Shown here: piece after piece, positions 13,888-27,691 of the stretch
How the letters are laid out: every line of letters begins with the position of its first letter
How positions within the stretch are numbered: the stretch's first letter is position 1
Assembly: GCF_009914755.1 (NCBI RefSeq)
Contig: NC_060928.1
Source of the DNA: the human T2T-CHM13v2.0 reference genome, Homo sapiens
Reading direction: 5' to 3' (one strand)
DNA: 64,000 nt
The notes under the pieces: model-generated
Seen by the model: the letters and a program-made list of their open reading frames with translations, nothing else
The model's database searches: none
Told to the model about the DNA's origin: nothing
Position numbers and translations under genes: made by a program

Positions 13888-16014
13888 TTTAGCATTCTTC
13901 TGTGAAATCAAATATCTTTTTCTTTGGACTCGTAGTTTGTAAGCACTGTTTCTGAAAACACTGTTAGGCTGACCTAATGTACAGTAGAGTTCTCTCTACT
14001 CTTCCTTTATGTAAGGGCTACTTATTGCAACTACAGCTAAAGTTTCAAAACCAATAACCGCCTGTGATTCTGAGAGACTTCCATCCCAATTGTCAGAGCA
14101 GGAGGCTGTCTGTGTGGTTGATGGCTGGCACTGCACAGCTCTGCTATGTCATATTTGAATGTGTACTTTATAGCATGTCTGATGCCATCTCTGTTTACAG
14201 TCATCCCTCGGCTCATCCCAGAATGCTTGCTTAGGTATTATACTGTCCTCTCTAGTTCAAATACATCGACTGCAACACTCCTGTGTTGTAGCACATAATT
14301 CTTAAGGGCTGGAAGGGTGGATTTGTTATGAGCAGCATTGATCATTCTGGCTTGTCATTTGATGTTGAATTTGCTGTAGATATGATTCTGACTTCAAAAA
14401 AGAAAAAAAAGCATAAGCCACATAGAATGTCTCTGAAAAGTCCTGAATGTACATTTTTTGGCACAACAGACCTATGTTAGTTCCTCAGGTATGGAAATAT
14501 AAAGATATTGTGAATATTATTCAACCTCAGAAGGAAGATTTGAATGTGAGTGAGTCCCTGGGAGAAAGAATCAGGCTTTTTATGTCTGAGTGGCTGGAGA
14601 GTTCTTTTAGGGAATCAGTTTAGTTTATTGTTTAGCTCATTGTGGTGCCTTCGATTACAGAATACCTTTCATTTTAGCCTCCAAGTAAGGATATCTAGGA
14701 TCTTTCTAGCCTTTTAAGCTTTGTCCTTTCTATCATCACAGAATCACAGAGATGGAATAAAGTTTAGATTTATAATGTACAATTAAAGCAAAAATCTTAT
14801 CATCCAGGATTTCAGTTTGGTCTAGGAAGTGTTGCCTAACACCGAACTATGGCCAGCTCACCAAATAGTAGGCAATATCTCTTGTTCTAGTTTAGTGATG
14901 TTTTATCAGCTGGCACCAAATTTTATTTCTATGATTGAGATTAAGTCAATGGAAATATAAGAATATTAAATGGCTTCTAAGAAAAAAGTTTTACATTGTC
15001 AGGTGTATAAGTAGTATATAAACTGTATGAGGATATAAGAAACAAGAGAGCAAACAGTTATTTTGTTATCAATTATTATCATTATTAGTCATTATCATTT
15101 TACTATAAGAATGCTGCATGTTGACATTAACAGTGATATTCAGTGAAGTCAATGTTTTATTGATTGATAGAAAACACCTAATAATTAAAAATTCAAAGTA
15201 GTGCTTTAGTTTACATAGCTTGAGGGTGAAGGATGCACAGTCTTTAAAAGCAGATGGTTTACTTGATGTCTTTTTTATACGAACTAGTTAAATTTCAGCT
15301 TGTACTAAAGAACTATAATTTGTTCACATTCTGAGTTATTTTGATATGATATAGTGTTCATAGTTTTGCATGCACAATCATAAAGTTTGATGTTTTAATT
15401 TTTCAGGCAAAATTAGTAATACATCAAACACGTTGTATTTGGAACAATAAAATGTGGCATTTATGACATTAAAATGTATTGCCTTCCTAATTAAGAATAC
15501 ATCATACATGGTTCCTTTGCAAACAGTTTTTTTAGTTGTATTACAGTATGCTTTATCTGTAACTTGGTTTTCATTTTCAAAGAATAGAAGAATATTAATT
15601 TTTGTGTACAAAGAGAAAGAAAAGAGAATCAAATTGTACCTTTATGAAAATGTCTCCATAGGATATTTCAAGATAATACATGCAAATATGTTAAAATAAT
15701 AAAATATATGGCTGGATTAAGTCACACTAAATAAATTTACACTACCAACTTATTTTTAAAAGATCTATGAAATTAACTGTTTTATGCCCCAGAATCTATG
15801 AACATAAATCTTTGTTCAAAAAGTGTATCAGATAGCTAACATAGACTTATCAGGATCCAAAAACTTATTTAGGGTCGTCTTACAAATCCCAAAGTCATGT
15901 GCCAGCAAATAGAGATTCTATTCTTGAGGTACATCAGGAGTTCTAGTCAAATAAGAGTAACGTAAAGATAAAAGTAAATTATTGTTAAAAATTTTTTTTA
16001 ACACTTAACAAAGA

Positions 16015-16546
16015 TGATTGCTCTAGCAAAGATCTAAAAATAATAGTGACATAAGCAAGTTGCAAATTCATTTATTCTCTCCCATAGTATTCCAAGTTTA
16101 AGCAGTCTGGTGCTGCTAGGGTGTCTCTGTGGTATCAGGGACCCAGGCTCTCCTATCCTGTGGCTCAGTCATTCTCAACATGCAATTTTAATCTTGTAAT
16201 TCTAAGATTGCTGCTCCAGTTATCATCCATCTATATTTCAGACAGCTTTAAAGATAGAATAGAAGTCATTCCACTTTCCTTTGAAGACAGAGTTTAGAAA
16301 TCACAAATTCATTCTTCTGGGAGCTAGATTTTATGAAAATTTCAAAAAATAAAAATAAATTACAAATTTCCTTCTGCTCATATATCCCTGACTGGGACTT
16401 AGTTATATTCCCATGCCTAATTGCAAGGGAGACTAAGAAATACAGTCTTTAGATGGTCAGCCAACTGCCCAGCTAAAATGCTGGGATTTCATTTTTAAAG
16501 AAGGAGAAGAATGGATATTGATGAGACAATACGACTTTTTGCCATG
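16015..16546 (-). mobile_element. MLT1J/K-like MaLR LTR
   Basis: tcagggacccaggctctcc..aagattgctgctccag..tgcaagggagactaagaaat..gaatggatattg..tgcca. Confidence 0.75.
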
Positions 16547-16649
16547 TAAGTGAGACAATTATTAATAATTACTGTGATTTATTGTAGTCTGTAGAATAAC
16601 CTTGAAAAACACTCCTGGGTTGTCCTTCTGTGTCTTCTTAAATATCTAT

Positions 16650-16975
16650 CTAGAGTGCTTTTCTTTAGTTCTGCTCTACCTGGCTAACTCCTGCCCAAAC
16701 TTTAAAATTTCTCTAAGGTAATATTCCCCTAAGAAGCTTTCACTGATACCCAAGGATGGTTTAGGTAATTATCCACTGTACCTCCACGATACCTTGTGCA
16801 TATCCATTTGGTGGCAGTTATAATAACATATTTTAATTACTTCCTCCGTGTCACTGTTTTTCTCTAATCTAAAAACCTTCAGGTAAGGACTGTTTTATTC
16901 TTTATATTCCTAGACTGAGATCTGGTATATCTTAGGTACACATATATTTTTAAATGATTAAATTGATGAATTAAT
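16650..16975 (+). mobile_element. L2 (L2c-like) relic
   Basis: ctacctggctaactcctg..aagctttcactga..ggactgttttattctttatattcctag..atgaatt. Confidence 0.7.
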
Positions 16976-17627
16976 AATTAGGGTTGCTTTTAGGCATTCC
17001 AGAATATTCAGTGAAGTACAGGGAGATCCCAGGCATAGAAGTGCACCTGCCAATGGCTTTTAGTTCCAAGTCCAAATTCTAGTATTCTCTCATTGGTGAA
17101 CATGTTTTGTTCTTGTCATTTGGTACAGGACATGCTATATATTCGTCAGAAACATTCATGAAATAAAGTCAAAGGAAAACACTGTGTGCTTTCAATGATG
17201 AGCAGAGATGTGCAGCTGTGCCAATTTTACACTGCATACCTCCATGAGATGTGATTCACAGGGACTGTAAATTCATACAGTGAGGGCTTGCACGAATATA
17301 GAGGCCCTAATCAATTAAGCCTGTTAAACATTCTTACCCAGTAAATAAATTCTTATAAATTGAACATAATTAGGTTTTAAAAAATACTGTGAGATATTAA
17401 ATATAACATTCCAGAAACAAAGTATCTAAGATAATTAGTGTAATTTACAATGTTGCCTGGAAAATTTACTTAATGTGTTGTTTATTGTTTATGAGGAGGT
17501 ATGTAGAGACAAGATGTAAAGATATATGAAAGAGAACACTTAATGCAACAATTCTTATTTACAAAAAAACTAGGTCTAAGTTGGTTTGTGAAAACACAAA
17601 TTGATGCACAGGAGATAAAAATCTAAT

Positions 17628-18018
<391 letters not shown>

Positions 18019-18421
18019 CTAGTTTTCTTTTTTTCTTCCCCTAGCTGTGGGTTGGGAAATTTTTATTAGCATTCAGATTGAATATACATATATAGATAAG
18101 AGATTATCATAGCCTGTTTGTAGTTGGCTAGGTTTAACATGATTATTTTGATACTGAAAATTATGTTTTTCAGCAAGTTCTTTTTAAAGGTTGTTAAATT
18201 AAAAGTATTTGTAATTCTCAAAATGACATCATCTTTTGCTCTATATCAGTTTTTAAACAAATTATCTAATTGGTCATAACGTTGGCTTTACATTATTATA
18301 GACACCAGGTATAGTGCTTAGCAGATAGGTCCTCAATAAATGGCAACTTTTCTTTTTACGTGTTACATTTGTTAGATTAATGTATACCAAAATCCAGAGA
18401 TTAGAGAAGTAAATCTAGAAC

Positions 18422-18630
18422 AGATGTATCCTTAGAACTTCCTGCAATGACATGACAAAAATATTCCATAGTCCTGTACTGTCTAATACACCAACCGCCA
18501 TAACCTGCAGCTACTGAGTACTTAAATGTGACTTGTGCAAGCAAATAATTAAATTTTCAGTTTCACTTAACTGATTTAAATTTAACTGAGTTGCCACATG
18601 CGGCTAGTGGCTAGTATTGGACAATGCAAG
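18422..18630. mobile_element. MER3-like hAT-Charlie DNA transposon relic
   Basis: tagaacttcctgcaatga..ctactgagtacttaaatgtg..gccacatgcggctagtggcta..tattggacaatgca. Confidence 0.8.
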
Positions 18631-20175
18631 TCAAAAAGATTATGTTAACACTGTCTTTACAAGTTATTCATTTGGATTTAGCACAGGAAGTCAACATTTC
18701 TCCTGCATTCTTAAAAGCATTAGTGAGTCCAAAAATTAATTTGAATTTGTGCTTGGAAGAAGATTATATGATTTAATTTTGTAATCTATGGTATTGTGTA
18801 AAAAGAAAAAATCACTCAGTGATTTTCTATTCAGTTTTAAAAGTTACTCTACAATTTCTGCTATTTAAAAATTCTAGTCATAATGGACATTATAAAATAA
18901 AAATGTTAGGGATGCATATTTTGAAAATTAATATATTATGCTGATAAACTCTGATTCAGACTAAAATTCATTATTTATCAAGCTCATACCACTATTCTGA
19001 AATCCCAGGTTTTTCAGTAGAAAGAGAAAACTTAGGAAAAGACTTCAGATAAGACTTCAAGGAAACAATCATGATACTGGTTTATAAAATACTGTAGTTA
19101 AATGGAACAACATACTTGTTAATGGGGAAAAATGTTCTTACAGTATCTCACCGCTTATAAACTAGATTCTAAGTGATTTTTCACTACAGAAATGTCTGAT
19201 TTTAAATAAATAGTTAGAAACATCAGGCAGATTAGATTCAAATCTAAAGCATTAAATGATTAGCAGATTGCACCTGGCAACAAACTCAGGTACTATGTCT
19301 TATTGCTTTCTGTGTTAGAGGTACAGTCAGATGAAAAGCAAGTGAAGAAATGGGAAACTGTACATTAAGTGGCTGGCTTGCAAAAAAAAAAAAAAAACAT
19401 AGCCATCTGCAATCAGTTACAGTTGACTGCAACAAAAAATAGTTTCCAGGGATCAAAGGAAATGAAAGGCTGACCAGGGCAACCAGAATATCCCACAGTG
19501 TGTTAAATATTTATTACAGAGCCACTTTGCCCCCAAACAATCTGATTCCTGGCATATTTCCACTAAAATAGCTCATCAGTAATTAATTTGGTGTGCCATT
19601 TTGCCTAAAATTAGTAATTAATATTAGTCTATGGGCATTATATTGAACTGTTTTCACCAAAGAATTCAATCTCCCTCCCTTTAAAAACGTGATAAAACAG
19701 CCATTTTACATTTTGTTTAGAACTTGAGCCATATATTAAAAAGAAAGAAGGAAAGACACAAAAGCATTGCAATCTCCATGAAGGAGACACCAAAGTGATA
19801 TTCTCAATTTAGTTGATTGTTTTCAAGGTCCTTGCATTTTTTCTCTTCCACTTCTTGATATTATGAGTACTATAATATGAATAGATCTTTCAGCCAGTCT
19901 CTGAGCTTTAATGAACTATTAAGGCATGTTCATGGTATTTTCTTTTCAATGGTTCTCTCTCAAAGTTTAACAGGTTGTAAATGGAAACCCTGAAAAATGA
20001 TGCATTTTTCAAGTACCATTTTCCTGATCTTTTGAAATTAATCTTTTTTCTAAATGAGAACAATATTATCAGCAAAAAGAAAACTGCTGCATTAGGTGAT
20101 CCTAATCACCCAATGTGAGAAACACCTCACCTTGTCCCATCTTTCCTGTGTTTTAGCAAAATCACTACATAAGTG

Positions 20176-20176
<1 letters not shown>

Positions 20177-20209
<33 letters not shown>
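20177..20209. repeat. (TA)n microsatellite
   Basis: Perfect TA run of about 16 units. Confidence 0.98.
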
Positions 20210-20211
<2 letters not shown>

Positions 20212-20749
20212 TTCAAAGACTTCAGTTTCAAGGAATACAATATTTTATTTAGTGAAGTTATCTGAAGTTAAATTACTGTTTTTCTAGAAAGCAAGCTCAA
20301 CAAATTGTCCATTCACATCTTGTGACATTTCCTCTCCAATTCATCTCTGGAGCCTACTTTTAGCAAAGGTTGATTTCAACCAAATTTATTTCTCTAGTTT
20401 GTCTTCACTTTCCCCCAAACCTAATTTGCGGGAATTCTTTTTTCTTTTTAAATTGTTTAGTATTATTTTAGTTTTTGTTTTTTACCCTAAAGACATGAGA
20501 TTAAGCACCAACCGAAGGTCAGTCCCCACATAGTTGTCACATCCCTTTACTCATTCTAAAAGGTTGCCCCGGGTCCCAGTCACCTTCCTGCAATCACTGG
20601 CTATTTCTAGTATCCATTTGCTTGCCCTCTCCCTGCATTTCTCTGTTCTGAAATTGTATCCAGGCAAAGAAAAGCTGGCTAGAAGGTAGAGAAATGTTAA
20701 TAATACGACCACCTCTGCTTCTGATATTGTTGCTGCTTTGTGACAAGTA

Positions 20750-20942
20750 TATGGCTTAGTATCTGAACCAGACACTGAACTAAGTACTTAGCATGTTTTT
20801 ATCTCATCTAAGTCTCACAGTAACCTTATAGACGTGTTACTATTCCCATTTTTTAGTTGAGGAAACTGGGGCTCAATAAGGGAAAATCACTTGCTCAATT
20901 ATATAGGAATTAAGCAAGGATTTGAAATGAAATCTGCTTAAT
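20750..20942 (-). mobile_element. MIR
   Basis: Reverse core cccattttttagttgaggaaactggggctca. Confidence 0.8.
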
Positions 20943-21577
20943 TCTATATATGTGTAAATGTTTATACACATTTGCATATTGTATGCATACTAATAACCTT
21001 GTTAATCTTCATTCTGTGTATAATACAATGCTATTTTATTCCCTCAGAAATCCTCTAATAAAAAATCATTTAATTTCACATTTGGTGGTGACATACCATT
21101 ACTTTTTGTCATATTCTCCGCAAAGTGACAATAACAACACCTGTCTTCTTGCCCAGAAAATTCTTATGAGTTGTTTCCCAGCCAAACACTGGTCATTTCT
21201 CTCAAAGCCAGACTTAATTCAGTTGCTTAGGTCATCGGGCAGTGACACCCCTGCCAGCCCATTTCCTGACCTCTGTGCACAGCCCCATCTCTGCCACAAT
21301 CCTGTACTTCTTCCTTCCCTTTGCCTTGCTTTCTCTGTCCCATAACTAGGCTGGTGTTTTGTTTTTTTGTTTTGTTTTTGTTTTTTATCTTCTATTGTTT
21401 AGACCCGCACTCTCTGTTCCTTCCAAGGAGGTCAAATATTTTATGTTGATATATACTAATAACCTCAATATATTTGAAAATAGCAGGAGCTAAATAAGTT
21501 GCCACCTAAAGTGTAAAGGGTTGGCAAGAAGAGGGTAAGAAGGCACCCCATTTCTCCCATTTAAAAAAGAGAATTTT

Positions 21578-21820
21578 ACCAAATACCACATATAAGTGGC
21601 AGCTAAACATCAGGTACACATGGATATAAAGATGGAAACAGTAGACACTGGGGACTCCAGAGGGGGATGGAAGGGAGAGTAGGAAGAGTTGCAAACCTAC
21701 CTATTGGGTACTATGTTAACTATCTGTGTGACAGGATCACTAGAAGCCCAAACCTCAGCATCATGCAATATACTCATGTAATCAAACTGGCACATGCACC
21801 CACGAGTCCAAAATAATAAC
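21578..21820 (+). mobile_element. L1PA16/17-like 3' UTR fragment
   Basis: ggtacacatggatataaagatgg..acctattgggtactatg..cccaaacctcagcatcatgcaatatac. Confidence 0.85.
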
Positions 21821-22154
21821 CAACAAAAGGATCACGGTTCGGTATTGGTAAAACACTATTTGTGCATGTGCTACTAATAAATACATAATTACTTAGTACA
21901 TTTATATAACATATCAAGTTAAAAATATATATTTGTATGTATGTGTATACACACATACATGCATTATGTGTGTTGTAAGCCATTACCAAAAAGAAATAAT
22001 AAAAACATTAAATAAAATTAAAAAAACAAAAATTATAATTGTAAATCACATATATATGTAAATATGTTTTTTAAATGTCCACATATTTGTTAGTATTAAG
22101 TAATAATTAATTATAAGTGTTTTAGTGGTAATATGTTTATATTTTTAAGAGCCT

Positions 22155-22342
22155 TTCATTTAGGAATGCATACTGCAAGTACTTTTTTGGAAAAGAGACA
22201 AGGATAGATATAAATGAAAGAAAACCAGATTGGCCACGAGTGATTATTATTCATGTTAGGTGATGGATGCACAGAGTTCAGGGTTCATTACTATTCTTTC
22301 TACCTTTATAAATGTTTGAAGTCTTTGATAATTTAAAAATCT
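22155..22342 (+). mobile_element. Old L1M (L1ME-like) 3' end
   Basis: ggtgatggatgcac..gggttcattactattctttctaccttt..atgtttgaa..ataat. Confidence 0.65.
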
Positions 22343-22734
22343 CTTTAAAGAGAAGTGCATAGTATGTTTCTTTTTGATTCAACTTTTTATGTAACAGAAT
22401 CCTTTTTGAAACAAAGCCCCAGCTCATCCTCCCAACCCTTTCAGATGAACACTTTCTACTTTATAGTGGAGGGGCCATGCACAGCGTTAGGAATTGCTGT
22501 CACTTCACTTGATGAAGGTCCAAAAGCCAGTCTAGTAAAACCCCTGGGAATACTGTTGAGTGATTTCTAACATGTTAGAAGCCTGGAAATGTTGGCTACA
22601 CCTCAAGCTCATTTATCTGTAAAGCTTTACTTCTGTGATTTATCATTGTCATTTACTTCCTTTTACATTTGCTCCTAGAAAAATGATGTTGGTGGTGATA
22701 ATGTACTAATGGTTCCATGTAATCTAGAAACTTT

Positions 22735-22885
22735 GACTTAATAGTCACAACAGCTCTATGAGGCAGGTGCTATCATGATATCCATTTTGCAGATGAAGAA
22801 ACTGTAGTGTGGAGAAGTGCCTGGGGTTGGCCACACAGCCCACATGTAACAGAGCTGGGGTTTGAATCCGTGCGGTCACATAGTA
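22735..22885 (-). mobile_element. MIR
   Basis: tcacaacagctctatgaggcagg..ccattttgcagatgaagaaactg..agagctggggtttgaatcc. Confidence 0.85.
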
Positions 22886-22927
22886 TTCAACCAAGTGACC
22901 CTCCAAGGTACTTTCTCAATAATAGAG

Positions 22928-23031
22928 GGTCAGGCAAAGGAAAATGGCTCACACTTGTAATCACAGCACTTTGGGAGGCTGAGGCAGGAGGATCGCTTGA
23001 GTTTTGAGACCAGTCTGGGCAACATAGAGAC

Positions 23032-23074
<43 letters not shown>

Positions 23075-23248
23075 TCTATAAGCCAGGCACTGTGGCCCAC
23101 CTGTAGTCCCAGCTACTCAGGAGGCTGAGACGGGAGGATCACTTGAGCCCAGGAGATGGAGTCTGTAGTGACCTATGTTCGTGCCACTGCACTCCAGCCT
23201 GGGTGACAGAGAGACAGTCTGTCTCTAAAATAAATAATAATAATAATA
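22928..23248 (+). mobile_element. AluJ with internal (TG)n
   Basis: Left and right Alu arms separated by a TG run; (AAT)n tail. Confidence 0.9.
23034..23070. repeat. (GT)n microsatellite
   Basis: Perfect GT run of about 18 units. Confidence 0.98.
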
Positions 23249-25872
23249 GGTTAACTTTCCAAACTATGTTTATGTTACCAAATTCCTCTTTAAACAACAA
23301 AGGAGAGTCAACACCTCACACTTTTGCTTTCCCTCCTCCGGAGCTTCTGTCTTTTTTAAGTGGCTACCCCACCACGGGCCCTCCCTGAGACTCTGACTTT
23401 CCTGCAGTGTGAGATGCCCTTCACTGATCCTGCGGAGCCTCTGATCTCTGCCTTTTGCAGGAGGCAGGTGGGCAGAGCAAAATTCAAAGATGCAAGCACT
23501 GATCTTCCACACACCAGCTGACTCATTTGAATGGCTCGCTGCTCCTGGCTGGACCCACGTGTTTCTTGTTCCCGGATCAGACCAAGAGATCTGAGGCACT
23601 GCGGGAGGAGCCCGACAATGCAGGACCCCATGAGCCCAGCTTCTACTCTAAGAAGTTTCCACAGTTGCAGTACTATCCTCGATGGTCCTGGAACTTGCAA
23701 GGGCAGCTTTTAGAGCATTAACTTCTCATGCCTAACTCTACTGCAGCTGGCATGGAATCAGCATGACATGGGAAGTTAGTTTGGTTAATTTGTTAAACAG
23801 CTGGTAGCCTCCTTTAACTGGTAACTAGTTAAGGCACTAAGAACTTTCTACTTTTCAACATATTAATATGTGACATGCCTGATACCATTTCGTGAGGTTG
23901 CAGGTTGAAATTAACCATGAACATTAGTGATGTATACTGGATAATAAGGTATGTGCTATGTGCTGAGAAACAAATCCAAGTGGGGGTGTTTACAGTTTAG
24001 AATGCATATTGTGGGAAGTACATGTTGAATGACAACCATTTACCAAGTGAAACTTTTAGATATAAGACAAGATATAAAGAATTAAGGGATAGATTTCAAT
24101 CAATCGACGATGACAGCTAAATGAAATATTGCTTTGCATAACTGAAAAGCCAATTTTTGCTCTTTTGATTAAACAACATCAGGCCAGTCATCCATTTTTT
24201 TTTTCTCAGCACACTCAAGTGCCTAGTATCTAAAAGGAACTCTGCTGCTGTTTACATATTCCTCTCCCTGCAGGGTTTTATAGTAGAAAAGTTGGAAATG
24301 ATTATTATATATACAAGCAATAAGATACGAGTATGATAAAATATTTTGGAACAATGTCTGTAAGAGTTAAGATGAAGATGACAGGTTGGGAATGTGGATC
24401 CACATTCACATTCAGCCAGTATGTTTTCTTTGCATTGCATAAAAGGAAAACATTATATTAATGATAAGGAAGGAACCATTAACTTTCGGAAAGCTAGAAT
24501 GAGTTAGTGTCCACACAATTTTAAGACTATCAAGAATTAATCACACCATAGTTGTGATGAGTATATGTCCTTATCCTGGAAAGTTTGGAGTAGTACGTTT
24601 TATATTTTTCTATAATGGTTGTTTCTCCTGCTGTTCCCCTGGAGGTTAGAAGGGCTGGTGGAAAGCAAAATAAAGCCTTTCTTTTCTTTCATTTTTTTTT
24701 TTGACAATAGGATATGTGTTTGCCAAGCAACCATTGGAAATATATATATATATCAGCTGGAAAATTTGCTACTTAACATCTGGTACAACTAACTCTCTCC
24801 CTTTCCCCTTCCTCCACACTGATTGACTAATTGTTTTGCCTTTATATAAAAGCCCATATGAGTCAGATTTTCCCCTGTGAATTTCATTTACTGGTAATGT
24901 CAAGTACAAATCCTTAGTAGACCACAGTGATGCTCTGTGTAAACCTCTTTAATCACCTAATTGTTTTGCCGGGAGAAACAGCTCTAGTAGGAAGAATAAA
25001 ATTCCTTTAGTGATTACAAAAGTATCCTCTAGGCTTCTAGATTAAGAAACATCAGAAAAAGAAAGACTCTAAACTCCTTCAGAGTACCAATTTATTATTG
25101 GATCTTAACCCCTTTATTTTATTGTTCTTGTTTTGCAAGAGAATCTTTATCTTCCTGAACTGTGTGTGATTAATTATCACATAATACGTTAAGATAGCAC
25201 TTTTTTCCCCTGAGTAAGCTATATTTCAGAGTGGTTTTGTGATGTATAGATAAGCCTTTCTTGACATATGGAATGATTTAGAGACAGAGACAGCAGAGCT
25301 GCTTGGGATAAATGCTCTCCGTGGTGTAACGGTGAGCTTACCAAAATTTGTCAAGAGACAGAACTGAGACTACCTTCAAATTCTATATTTCTTTGCCATT
25401 TTCAAGTTGTATTAGAAAAGATTTCATTTTTGCGGCCCTTGATGTAATTTTTCTGGATTTTAATACCTTAGGTACTTTCCTTAGACCTGAGTCATGAAGT
25501 GCTGTGCCAGTGAGGTGGAAATAAGCAGTATTTCAATTGCATAAAAATTGCCCAATGGTGGGTGCAAAAAAACGGCAGTGATTCTAGCTTTCTTTAACTT
25601 ATTTATTAGTAATATAAAGACATAAATCAGATATATGAGGCTTTTCTAAGGATAGTTTAAATCAAGGACGGAGAAGATATGCCCAAGACCTAAAGTGGTT
25701 AGCATAATGAACTTGAAACCAACTTTTATTTTAGAGAAAGCAAAATGACAGAGCTGAGGGAAGTCATGCGAAATATAGTGGCTGTGAGACCTTGAATATG
25801 CCGATGCCACAAAAGAACTAGATGATGGTAAATTACTATTATGGTAGTAAAAAGAGAGATGATGAGGATATG

Positions 25873-25885
25873 TTCTGACTCAGCA
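25873..25885 (+). promoter_or_regulatory. MARE/ARE-like AP-1 site (TTCTGACTCAGCA)
   Basis: One mismatch from the T-MARE TGCTGACTCAGCA and followed by an AT flank; motif match only. Confidence 0.4.
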
Positions 25886-27139
25886 ATTCTTGTCCCAGGC
25901 TTGTGGACCGTGTATCACTGGCAGAGATAAGTCTTGTCCAGGAGCCCTTGTGTGAACTCAGTGTTGTCCCTTCTCCAACAGGGCCCTCCCCTCCCCACAA
26001 CCACCACCACTGAATGCAGCACAAGCTATTCCTTTGGGGGCGCCCCCGCTGTGTCGGTCCCAGGCTTTTCCTTTCACCCCTTGTTGATTCATTGTTAAAA
26101 GGCTTTGGGAATGTATTAGACAAGGCAGCCAGTGGCTATTGAAGATGTACAACATTGAAATTCACTCGAAGTGTGGAGAGAAGTGCCGGTCCCAATAGAA
26201 CCTTTTGCTAACATCAGGGTACAGGTGGAGTGACTGCTATTACTGACTCAAAACACCAGAGCAGAAAGGAAAAGGAAAGAGGGAGAGCTTGCCTGGGTAA
26301 GGATGATCAGAAAGTGGGTAAAGGCATTCAGAGAGCTGTGAAGACAAGCAGAAGGCCTTGGAAGAAGCTACATTAACCTGCGATGTTCTGGAAATGCTCC
26401 ACAGATTTCAGGATCAGTCCCTCTGGTGGGCATGATATTTCATTGTTTCCTTCTCGACGAACCAATTTCATATGAGAAAAATAAAATGCCTACTGGCTTC
26501 TGCAAATTTCTGGACATAAGCGTGAATCATTTGATCTAGAAATACATCCAGGTAAAAAACTTCACAATCTTTTTTTATGCTGATAACTTGAATAAAGTGT
26601 GGATAATTAGGAGTGTTGGCAGAATAAATACTTTAGGATTTTAAAAAAATTGTGCTTAGGCTCTCTTACTTATGGTACACCTTGAACAATAACAGATAGT
26701 GTTATATTCTCAGGGAAAAAATCCACATGGTCCTATATGGAAAAATGAATGGCAATGCCACTTACATTCCTAGTATATCTGAATTTTAAAAACTGATTTC
26801 CATCCGTAATGTACAAATCTATATTTACCTCCATGTTCTATGAAATATATCTATACTTGGATCTTGCTCAGATGTCTCCTAAAGAAGATGTTCTCAAGGC
26901 TAAGTTAAGTGGTGAGGATTTTCAACACCCTATAAGCATTCAAAGTATTTAAAAAATATTTTTGATAATTTGAAGTCATCAGAAAATATTGTTCCTATTA
27001 ATAACAAATGTAACTTTCTGGGTTTTGTTGTTGTATAAATGGATATAAAACAGTAAAAGCATTGATGGAGAACCAATACTTTAAACAATAGCCAACAGGT
27101 AATATTAGATAACTCTTTTTGTCTTAGTTAAAACACAAT

Positions 27140-27691
27140 TGTTACAGGAAAGGGGTCCCAAACCAGAACCCAAGAGAAGGTTCTTGGATCTCACACAAGA
27201 AAGAATTCAGGGTGGGTCCATAGAGTAAATTGAAAGCAAGTTTATCAGGAAAGTAAAGGAATGAAAGAATGGCTAGTCCATAGACAGAGCAGCCCCGAGA
27301 GCTTCTGGTTGCCCATTTTTATAGTTATTTTTTGATGATATGCTAAACAAGGTGTGAGTTATTCATGCCTCCCCTTTTTAGACCATATAGGGTAACTTCC
27401 TGACATTACCATGGCATTTGTAAATGGTCATGGCACTGGTGGGAATACAGCAATGAGGACAACCAGAGGTCGCTCTCATTGCCATCTTGTCTTTGGTGGG
27501 TTTTGGCTGGCTTCTTTACTGCAACCTGTTTTATCAGCAAGGTCTTTATGACCTATCTTGTGCCAACCTCCTATCACATCCTGTGACTTAGAATGCCTTA
27601 ACCATCTGGGAATGCATCCCAGTAGGTCTCAGCCTCATTTTACCCAGCCTCTATTCAAGATGTAATTGCTCTTGTTCGAATGCTTCTGACA
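27140..27691 (-). mobile_element. MER41A-like ERV1 solo LTR
   Basis: TG..CA ends, about 552 bp, ends cagcctcattttacccagcc..ttcaagatg..ctgaca; perfect 4-bp TSD caat at 27136-27139 and 27692-27695. Confidence 0.92.

Noticed and set aside
14197-14273. tacagtcatccctcgg..tcgactgca resembling Tigger/MER2 termini
   Set aside because: Match too short and the interior is not recognisable.
23270-23721. Overlapping ORFs in a GC-richer patch, considered as a coding exon or pseudogene
   Set aside because: Several frames on both strands are open because of higher GC; no recognisable homology, poly(A) or TSD. Treated as regulatory-like instead.
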